The position numbers and the translations under genes were made by a program. A DNA stretch of 64,000 bases from Podarcis bocagei (Eukaryota): assembly GCA_964188305.1 (NCBI GenBank), contig OZ076888.1. One strand, given 5' to 3'. The notes beneath the pieces are model-generated. The model did not search any database, had not been told where the DNA came from, and saw only the letters and a program-made list of their open reading frames with translations. Positions 1-9,159 of the stretch are shown here, in pieces (positions within the stretch are counted from its first letter, which is position 1; each line of letters begins with the position of its first letter).

Positions 1-184
1 GAAAAGTCGGCATTTCCTTTTCCTTTAAGCTTTTAGAAAGACTGCTATTAGGGAAATATGATCCCTGTGATTAACGTCTGTTCTTAGTCAATATATGCAT
101 GACCAATATACAAATACTATATATTTGTTACTATAGGGGTAGCCAACGTGGTGCCTTTCAGATATTATTAGGCAATGGTCACAT

Positions 185-335
185 TCTCACTCTACATTTA
201 AAGTGCTATGGTAGCACTTTAAACAGTTTAGGCCTTTTCCAAAGAATTCTGGGAGCTCTTAGTTTCTTAAAGGTGCTGAGAGGAGTTAGGAAACCTCTAT
301 TTCCCTCCCAGAGCTACAGTTCCCAGAGTCATTCC
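185..335 (+). repeat. Dispersed repeat fragment (probable old MITE); related copy inverted at ~60885-61070
   Basis: Shared motifs aaagaattctgggagct...gtttcttaaaggtgctg...gagctacagttcccagag versus the reverse complement of 60920-61070. Boundaries approximate. Confidence 0.55.
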
Positions 336-489
336 CTCTTCACAGAAAGCTATGAGAATTGAAGTTCTGTCAAAATACCTCCAGACCAAATTCCAGCGAA
401 GTCACTTGAGGAAAGCTGAGCTATGGGATTCCTTGGCACAAGAGCAATGTTGCGGCGAATAAGTTAGAATTTCCAAATACGCATGGGTC

Positions 490-1059
490 ACAACATTCCT
501 GCTAATATATGCAACAGCCGCTCCTTTGATTACAACAAATTATGTGGTTATGTAGCGCCCTAGATAGTTTCTTAATAGGGCAGGCATTATAATTGTGATA
601 TATGGACCCATATCAGCAGAAAATTCTATCAGTAAAAAACAGCTGATTATGCAAAACTCTGCCACCATTTTGTGACAGACTCTGTTTGGTTACTGGTGGG
701 CTTCAGCTATTTTTGGTCACCTGAAGTGGGCCTTTCAGGTTTACAATTTTAGAATAAGGTTACCAGATGTCCCCATTTCTCGGGGACAGTCCCTGGATTT
801 ACAAATCAGTCCCCATACAAAATCCATTGAAGTTGAAAAGTGTTCCCGGATTCATTGAAAAAAATCTGGTAACCTTATTTTAGAACTCCTGCACTGCACC
901 ATAATGGTTCATTTAGGTTGCTTTCTTTGGCTGTTCTTACAACATTCCTGCTAATATACGCAACAGCCGCCCCTTTGATTACAACAAATTATGTGGTTAT
1001 GTAGCGCCCTAGATAGTTTCTTAATAGGGCAGGCATTATGATTGTGATATATGGACCCA
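490..1059 (+). repeat. 121-bp direct repeat pair (490-610 and 939-1059)
   Basis: acaacattcctgctaatata...gatatatggaccca occurs twice, 449 bp apart, with 3 substitutions. Confidence 0.95.
755..877. mobile_element. hAT (Blackjack-like) MITE
   Basis: 14-bp TIR TAAGGTTACCAGAT/ATCTGGTAACCTTA with a perfect 8-bp TSD TTTTAGAA (747-754, 878-885). Confidence 0.9.
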
Positions 1060-1194
1060 CATGGTCCACCTTCATCATGTGAGAAGAAGTTGTATATGTT
1101 GTTGTGCGTTTTGTAGGCACAACCATAGGAGAGAGCTGCAGCCATTCTACTGCAGGTAGAATGGGATTCTGTGGGCATGTTCTACCTTCCTGAC

Positions 1195-1361
1195 TCTGAA
1201 TGCCTGTTGCTTGGAATCACAATTGGGGAGAGAACTATTGTACTCAGGTCCCACATTGGGCTTCCCATGGGCATCTGGTTGGCCTCACTGAGAACAGGAT
1301 GCTGGACTAGATGGGCCATTGGCTGGATCCAGCAGGGCTCTTCTTTGGTTCTTATGTTCTT
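1195..1361 (+). mobile_element. 3' end of a CR1-like LINE or CR1-tailed SINE
   Basis: gaacaggatgctggactagatgggccattggc...ttcttatgttctta tail. Related copies at ~27590-27650 (-) and ~43730-43870 (+). Confidence 0.6.
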
Positions 1362-1494
1362 AAGCTCAATGTATAGGTTGCCTCTTCTGAAAACGGATAC
1401 AATTTCAGGCAGGTTACTTGAATGTTCTGTCCGTGATGTTTGATATCTGGTAGCTGTTCCACACATATATGTGGAACATATATATGGTATACAT

Positions 1495-1684
1495 CAGGCA
1501 TCCCCAAACTTGGCCCTCCATCTGTTTTGGGACTACAATTCCCATCCCTGACCACTGGTCCTGTTAGCTAGGGTGATGTTTTGGGACTACAATTCCCATC
1601 ATCCCTGACCACTGGTCCTGTTAGCTAGGGATGATGGAAGTTGTAGTTGCAAAACATCTGGAGGGCCAAGTTTGGGGGTGCCAG
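1495..1684. mobile_element. Palindromic hAT MITE with an internal tandem duplication
   Basis: TIR CAGGCATCCCCAAACTT / AAGTTTGGGGGTGCCAG. The internal tgttttgggactacaattcccatc...ctgttagctaggg unit is present twice. Confidence 0.85.
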
Positions 1685-1860
1685 TACACAGGTTGCAACC
1701 ACTGAATGATGAATGCATTCACTTTCAGATGCCTCTAATTTGAGGAGATGTATTGGTGAAATTTCTAGCCTTCCTCTTCCACCACGGTCATGATTTAAAT
1801 GCACCAGGTTAGGACCAGGGCATATTGTACAATGTAGTGTGTCCTGCAGTGGATGTGAGT

Positions 1861-1910
1861 CTCTCTCTCTCTCTCACTCACTCACTCTCTCTCTCTCTCT
1901 CGCACACACA
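1861..1910. repeat. (CT)n/(CACT)n/(CA)n microsatellite
   Basis: Read directly from the sequence. Confidence 0.9.
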
Positions 1911-3346
1911 CCACTAACTTCTTCCAGGGAGGCTTGCTGAGCTTCCCTTAGTCTGCTATATAGTGTGCAATGGAGTGTATTGTGGAAACTGAGTATGTGC
2001 TAATCACCATAATCATAACATATATTTCATGGTAAAAGAATAGAGTTTCCTGATGGAAATAAATATTTACACAACCATTTCCACAAATTAGGTTTTTCTG
2101 CTTGGGAATTTACCTTTTCTGTTTCTTTCACAATCTTGCTTATGCAAATACTAAAAAGGCTAACCAACACATTTGGATAATTGGGCATTCGGATAAACAA
2201 AAGTACTGTTTTGCATAAGGGCTTCATTTGCATGCAGCTAATAGGACCCTTTCTTTTGGACTTGAGCAAATACATTTCTGGATAACCTGAGATCAGTGGG
2301 TGGGGAGGGTTTTTTTATTGCAATGTATAATATTGCAAGGACTGCAAAGAAATTGCAATAATATAAGCATGAATACATATGGTCCTATTGAAAAACAATC
2401 CTATTATTCCCGTGCAATGTCACATCACCATATTTCACTCGGAGCCGAGTATGTTCTCCTATGTAAGCTAACTGCTTTCTCTGCAGCCAACATTACCTGC
2501 TAATGGCATATCTTAACTGGAGTGATTTTGCCAAAACAATAGGCAACATAGCAACCATGATGGGCACCCCAACAGCATCCCTGGCAGCTTTGACTATCAG
2601 TCTCAATGCTGAACATGAATGGCACTCTTCTCCATTAGGTGGGCACTGAAAGCACCAACCAATATGTGGCAATGTCACAATGATGGCACACTACCTGGAC
2701 CACACCCATACTCAAGCACACTTCCAGGAAATTTTCATACCCATTTCCCTCTATAAAAGCATCCCCTAGCGTGCTTGAAAAGAAATGTTGGGGTGTGTGG
2801 GTGTGTGCATGTGTGCTTTTATTAGTTTAACCAAACCTGAGTTAGACACAGACAGCAGTTTGGTTTAAAATTTAATTAAAGAAAATTATTCCACAGCTGT
2901 ATTCTAGGCTGAGTCAGACAGGCACGCTAGGCTGCCTTTGTTTTTTCAGAAGTCTTTGGCAGGGTTGCCCACCACAAGAGACCAACCATTTGGTTCAGCT
3001 GCGACCCTCTTCAACACCTCAGCCGTTAAGGCTGCACCTGGTAGGCAGAAGAATGTGACTTTGAAGGAACCCCTTTTACCATGCCCAGCATGCTGGAGCT
3101 GTCAACAGTTTCCCTCTGTACAGCATCCTCCTCGCTTGTCACCTCACTAAGCAACACCTTTGTTCTGTTCCATTGTGTTTCTCAGCAGCTTTGCATTGGC
3201 TCTTAGATCTAGCAGATGGGCTGTCCATCACCCTTGGAAGACCACATCAGAATTCTGCAACAGTGCTCCTACAGAGAGAGGTCAGCCCTGGCTGAGGTAG
3301 GAGCAATGTGAGTTTTCCTTTCCCAACCACCCCTTGCTTTACATTT

Positions 3347-3418
3347 ACCCAAAAACATTGCAGTGTGCTGTCTCATAAATATCTGTTTCCGAGACAGCAC
3401 ACTGCAATGTTTTTGGGT
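3347..3418. repeat. Perfect 28-bp inverted repeat with a 16-nt spacer
   Basis: acccaaaaacattgcagtgtgctgtctc (3347-3374) and its exact reverse complement (3391-3418). Confidence 0.95.
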
Positions 3419-4484
3419 TAAGTCTGCCTATGACGAACTACTTTCATTTTAGTACCTAGGGGATGGATTGTGGCAGTTCTGAGACTTTCCTCTTCGGGAA
3501 GGAGGCTCCATTTAATTGATCTAGTTGATGACTTAGGAGGAGCCAATGCATCTTTCCAGTTATCAGTGAGAGAGGGAAGCTGAATAAAGGTGTGATAAAT
3601 TCACCAAGACTGCTTCACCAAATATCCATTGCTTCTTAGAGAGATTCTTGCTTCCCAGGTGCTTAAAAATAAAACTGCATCCTTTTTCTTAATAAGCACA
3701 CACACACACCTGCTGAGGGGAAGGACAGAGGAATGTTGCCTTTTGAACACAGTTTCTGGGGTGGCTGCTATCACATAGCGCTCTCCCATCTGGTGTAGCA
3801 GAGCCTTAACAAGAAGTTTTAAGAGGGTTATATTTCTATGTGTGGTTGGACATGTTGCCCTAGAGAGAACAAGAGGTGGCAAGTGTTTTAAGACCCTCCC
3901 TTCTGTAATCAGTCAAGGCCTTTTTCATAGTACTGACTTCTTGGGTCGGCAGCGGCGAATCTCTGTTCTTGCCCTGTAAAGTTCTGGTGTGGAGAGATTA
4001 ACCATAATGTTTGTGTGTAGAATCTACAAAACCTCCATGAGGAGATGGACCTTTGATGAACTACTGTTGCAGTCTCTAATCCCCCCCCACCCCTGAGACT
4101 TTTGATCATCACTATATGTTTGGCATTTAGGTGAGGTTAATTTTCTCCCCTATAGAAAATATTCTACATAATAATTACAAGATTCCTGTTTGGTCAAGGT
4201 CCCCATGAACACTACCATGTTTACCAGTGAGAGACAGTCAATCAAACCAGCCCTTTGCAAGCTTATTAAACTCTAGCCGCTTACAGTATGTTCAGGCATA
4301 ACTGAGAGTGCACTATGTGGATTGTCCAGCAGGATTTAAGTAACCATAACCATGAACATTTTACCAACAATTGCAAAAACATGCCAGAGGTAGCTGAATT
4401 TCCAGCTCTGGTAAGTGGTACTTTCTGTGACACAGAGGTTTAAATCATCCATTAACACGGGGCTTCCAGCAATCTGACATAAGG

Positions 4485-4622
4485 CAGGGATGGCAAACGT
4501 TTGGTCCTCCTGATTGTTGGGACTGCAGTTCCCATCAGTTCAAGCCAGCATTGCCAAAAGTCAGGGATGATGTGCATTGTAGTCCAACAACATCTAGGGT
4601 AGCCACATGTTTTCAAGTGCTG
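4485..4622. mobile_element. Older palindromic hAT MITE
   Basis: CAGGGATGGCAAAC left end, gggactgcagttcccatc/gatgatgtgcattgtagtcc internal arms, and 8-bp TSD ACATAAGG (4477-4484, 4623-4630). Confidence 0.8.
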
Positions 4623-5273
4623 ACATAAGGTACGCCCACATTGCTACTGATGTCCTATTATGAAGAGAGCTGTGACTGACAACTGGGTATGGCTGGGTGG
4701 GTAAGGATAGCTAAGCACTGAAGTGCGGCAGTAAGCAATTCAGAGGATGACACACCAATAGTGTGTCAGCAAATGATGGGACAAAGCACTGGCAGTGAAA
4801 ATTATGAGGTTGGGGATTAGCACTTCCAATGTCTTTAATTCAGTTTGCTGCCTTGGGTAAGCTGCTTGCTTATATCTAGTCCAGCACTCTGTTTTCTCTG
4901 ACAAGGGTCAAGTAAATGCCTCTGGGAAGCTTAGAAGCAGAAGGACACAAAGTCAACTGGTCTCCCTTGCTGTCTGCACGCAGCATCTGGTATTAAAAGA
5001 CACCTTGCAGCCTCTGAATAGGAAGGCTCCATGTTACAGATACTGGCTCCTGTGACTGGAGCAGGGAGAAGCTTTGAATGGAAAGCAGAGGTGTGGGGTG
5101 GAATTGATTGTCAACATCCTCCCCTGCAGGTGGCAAGCCTCACTGCATTCTGTAAAACAACTTCTACTAGGCAGTAGAAAACATGCACGAAAAAGGTCCC
5201 AGGTTTATTCCGTAGCAGTTGCAGGTACAGCTGGGAAAGACTGTTATTCCATGCAGCAGCTGTTAGTATAGAC

Positions 5274-5412
5274 CAGGGACAGCCAACCTGACTCCATCCA
5301 GATGTTGCAGGACAACAACTCCTACCATCTTTGTCCACTGGCCATGGTGACAGGGGCCTCTGTGAGGTGGAGTCCAGCAGCATCTGAAGAACTGCCAGGT
5401 TGGTCGCTCCTG
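5274..5412. mobile_element. Older palindromic hAT MITE
   Basis: CAGGGACAGCCAACCTG / CAGGTTGGTCGCTCCTG ends, and ccagatgttgcaggacaacaactcc / ggagtccagcagcatctg arms. Confidence 0.75.
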
Positions 5413-7475
5413 GTGTAGTTGATACTGAGCTGCATGAACCGACGATCAAGGCAGCTTCCCACGTTCCTATATAGAACCAAGTTTCATCTGCTTCCCTTTG
5501 CAAACATCTGCATTGTGTTTAAGGCCATCTCCTAGGCAAAGTCCCTGGAATGGAGCATGTTAAAAATATAGGTAGATCAGTCAATAAAGGCAGCTGAAGG
5601 AGAATGGACGACTGCGCCTGGGAGTGGAGAATCCCAGAATTACCCGCAGGGGAAAGGGTCACTAATCAGCCTGTTTACAGCGGCTGAATAGACGGCTATG
5701 GCTTCCCAGAGACTGAACGTGACGGTTTCGAAACGAAACCCAAGGAAAGAGAAGAAGATTTGAGGTCGTTTCCTCCCCCCATTTTTTTCTAACCGCCTTT
5801 GCAGGCTCACGCCTTAACTCTTTAAATGCACTAACTGCACTCTGAGGCGAGGGAGGGAGATTGCAGGAGCTGTCCACTCGTCTGAATAAACTGCAAAAAG
5901 TATTGTTCAAAAAACAACCCCAATTTTGGTGAGCGGGGATCATTCTTCTGTAGCGAGGCATTCGTAGTACCGGGGACAGGGACAATGTATTTTATTTTTA
6001 AACACACACGTTCCTGCAGCCACCATTTATACTTTCTCGGTTTAGGGAAATCTCTTGGGGAAATCCACCTGTAATGAGTTCTGTCCTCGACTTGGATATT
6101 TTGCGGCGGTGTGGGGGGCATAATTTCTGCTGTTGTGTATTATTGTTTTAAATTCACGACCACAGTTTACACCCAAGTAAGTCTGTACAGAATCGCGGAT
6201 CTGGATTCCTAGCCTATTGTTGAGTGTGGAAATAGTAACATAAATGTATTTTTGTGTTTGTGTGTTGCGCTTCAGAGACTCACAGAGTCGACAGCATCAG
6301 TGCATGCATGGAGTCTTCCGTGGAAGTTCCAAAGGCGTGAAATTTACTTCCACATAAGGCTTCGGTCCTATGCACTTACTTGGGAGTAAAGCCTCGGCGC
6401 GACTTGCTTCCGAGGAAACGCGCAAAGGGTTGGGCTGCCAATCAGCCACGGATCGCTGTGGATGCTCAGTAGCAATACTCAGGATCCTTTCCGCGCTCAA
6501 ACTACAAGAAATCCAGAACCGCGATCCTATGCATACTGGGTAGATATACTATTGGAAGCAGCGGGACTTCCTTACGAACCAACAGGAACAGATCAGGTTT
6601 AAACTCTCTCTCTCTCCCCCCCCCTCTCTCTCACACACACTCTCACACACAGCCTAGCCTGTTACTTCAGCGGCCTCCGTTACGAGACTATCAAAGCAGG
6701 AGAAAGAAAAGCTGTCCATTTCTGGGTGTTGGGGAAACCCGGGAGATCTTTGGCTCTGACTGCATCGCTTTTCTAGCCCGCGCCCTCCCCATCCGCCCCC
6801 GCCACTCGCCTCCCCAGGGCCAAAGCGGCGGTGCTTCCCATTCCGCGGCGCCACGCGAGGAGAAAACCCCCCGGCGGTGGTCCTCCTATCGGCTTTCCTC
6901 CTTGGCTGTTGTTGTTTTCCTTGCCCACGCACGCCCGTGTGAGTTTCTCGCACTCGCTCTTCTGCTAACACAGAGGCACCGGCGCGCGGGCGCGCACACA
7001 CACCGCCGGATTCCGCTGGAAGTGCAGCGTGGTTGGTGAACGGCTCGGTCTAGTTCAGCCGCTGCGTTTCGCTGGGGCGCAGCAGCTCCTCCCCTTGGTG
7101 GTGCTATCCTCTTACTTGATCAAATCCTCGAACGTGAACAGTTTCACTGAAAAGCACTTTTTGGGGAGGAAGGGGGGGATAAAAAGAAAGAAAAGAAAGA
7201 GGAAGAAAAGAGAAAGAAAATCCACCAAGTGAAAGAACAAGAGTCCCAACTATACAGGAGTGTGTCTTTGGTTTTGTTTCGGGTTTTTGTGTGTGGCGGT
7301 GGGGATTTGTTTGAAAAAGAAAACAACTGCTCGTCATCAGAGAGGAAAAGGTGGAAGAAGAGACCTTTGGCTGCCAAGGAACCCTCCGAATCAACCAGCT
7401 TCTCCCCTCCCTCCTTTTCTAAAGGATCTGCCTCCCCCACCCCCCACCCCAAACAAGCAACTCTCTCGGCGAGGC

Positions 7476-8393
7476 ATGGAGAGAGGATCTGGCTGGTCCT
7501 CGGGCTGCTGCTCCATCGCTTGGATCGCCTCGACATGGCTCTGGCTGGGCACTTGGCGTTTCACCGGCGCTGAGATAACTTGCCGCTCTTGCTTTGCCGC
7601 CGCCGCTTCGTTCTCCACATCTCCGGCATCTTTCCGGGTCCAGCTTCTGCAGCAGCAGCAGCAGCAGCCGCCGCCGCCGCCTCTGGAGGTTCCTCGGGGA
7701 GTGCCGCTTGGGCCAAGCGGGGACGGCGGCGAAGGGGAAGCCCTGCCGGGGAAACCCGGCGGAGGATGGGGTGCTGGGGGCGAGGGAGAAGAAAGAGAAG
7801 GCGGCGGAGGAGGAGGAGGAAGAAGGGAAGAAGCGCTCCGGAAGGATCGGGGTCCGGGAAGGGGTCAGCCGGCGGCTCGGGGGGTGGGTGGGCTGAGCGC
7901 CGGCGGGGCGCGCCGGGGAGCGGCCGCCGGCGCCCTGAAGGGAACCGGGAGGGCGCGCCGGAGCCCCACGCCCGGCCAACTCTTCTCGGCCAGGGCGAGG
8001 GGCAGCGGAGACTCGCCGGCGCTTGGCCGGGAGGAGACGGAGCGGGCGCCCGGAGCCGCCAGGGAGGAGGAGGAGGACGCAGGAGTCTCTCTTGGCAAAA
8101 TGCCGGGCGGCAACCCTCGTGAGCGCAGGGCCAGGAGAAGCGCCGAGGAGCGACAGCCTTTGGCCCCGGACAGCCTCGGGGCAGAAGCGGGCGCCTGGGG
8201 CGTCTCCTTGACCGACGGCCAGAAAGCGCCGCGAGCGCCAGGCAAAGGTTCCCGCGAGGAAGGGCGCACCGGCAAGCTGAGGGGAGCGGCAGGCGCCGGA
8301 GAAGAGTGGAGGCTGAGCAGCACGACCTTTGCCCTCGCCGGAGACTCGGCCCACAACCAAGCCATGGTGCACTGGTCCGGCTACAACAGCAGT
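7476..8393 (+). CDS. SORCS3: SORCS3 coding exon 1 (signal peptide, propeptide and start of the VPS10P region); partial CDS, 306 codons, phase-0 donor
   Basis: ATG in strong Kozak context (gaggcATGG). Translation MERGSGW...TWRFTGAEIT...RERRARRS...KGSREE...RLSSTTFALAGDSAHNQAMVHWSGYNSS. GDSAHNQAMVHWSGxNSS is the SorCS1/3 hallmark; GAEIT and KGSREE match SORCS3 as I recall it. The exon ends AGT|GTGAGT at 8393/8394, the position of the mammalian exon 1 boundary. Confidence 0.92.
7650..7682 (+). repeat. Coding (CAG)6(CCG)4CCT trinucleotide tract encoding Q6P5
   Basis: Read directly from the sequence. Confidence 0.95.
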
Positions 8394-9089
8394 GTGAGTC
8401 AAAGGGCCCCTCGGGGACTGGGCGGGAGGGGTGGGCTGGGGGGGGGTCGTAGTACTGCCATGGTTGGGCAGGCACAAGTCCACTCCCTTTGTTTTCTTGC
8501 TTTGCCGAAAAGAAGAAGAAAAGTTTTCCCATCCCCATTGGCTGGGCTGAAATAAACACGTTCAGGGGAAACGCGCGACAAATCCCAAAGTCGTGTCATC
8601 TCTGGGTGGCTGGGGGGCGCCGGGGAAGGAGGGAGAGTCCTACGGTCCCCACTTTTTATTAGGCGGTGGGAAACGCGGAATATGAGCTCCTGGATGAAAG
8701 TTCGGTCAGACGGCTTGTTTCAGAGAGAGGCTCTTTCTTTCTATATTAAAAAAAAACCCACAACCTTCCTTCTCCCTCTGAGAGAGACAGAGTTGTGCTC
8801 TGGACATGGCTTGTAATGCAGTTGCTTTCTCTCTTCCTCCCCATCCGTCCCTGGAAACCCTTCAGTGGGTCCGTGTGGGCTCGGTTGGTGGGGGGACGCG
8901 CAGGCTGAGAGGGAGGGAGGGGCGTGAGCCTTCGCCGTAGTTTAGAGCCTGGCGTTTCATTTATTAAGGGAAACGCACGTACCCCTCCCTCCTCGCCTCT
9001 CTGCTGACATGCAATGAAAGAAGAGGAAACAATTTCAAACAAATCAGGGGCAACTCCGAGCCTTTTCTTTCCAGTCAATAAAAGGGTCT

Positions 9090-9108
9090 AATAATAATAT
9101 CAACAACG

Positions 9109-9159
<51 letters not shown>
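9090..9159. repeat. (AAT)n microsatellite
   Basis: Long pure AAT run at 9109-9158, preceded by degenerate units. Confidence 0.95.

Larger units (their letters stand above)
6770..8960. promoter_or_regulatory. CpG island / TATA-less promoter and 5' UTR of SORCS3
   Basis: Abrupt rise in GC and CpG density against the CpG-depleted flanks. GC-box/EGR-like CCGCCCCCGCC at 6793-6803, GCCCACGC near 6923, GGCGCGCGGGCGCGCA at 6981-6996. Confidence 0.85.

Noticed and set aside
5866-5886. RE1-like GGAGCTGTCCACTCGTCTGAA upstream of the promoter
   Set aside because: Only one half site matches; the GGTG core of the other half is absent.
7260-8555. 431-aa ORF as a complete single-exon protein
   Set aside because: It starts at GTG upstream of the real ATG (7476) and runs past the conserved splice donor at 8394. 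Only 7476-8393 shows SORCS3 homology.
7419-8559. Long antisense and alternative-frame ORFs (354, 332, 180 and 166 aa)
   Set aside because: These are an expected by-product of stop-poor GC-rich sequence. The translations are low complexity with no recognisable domain.
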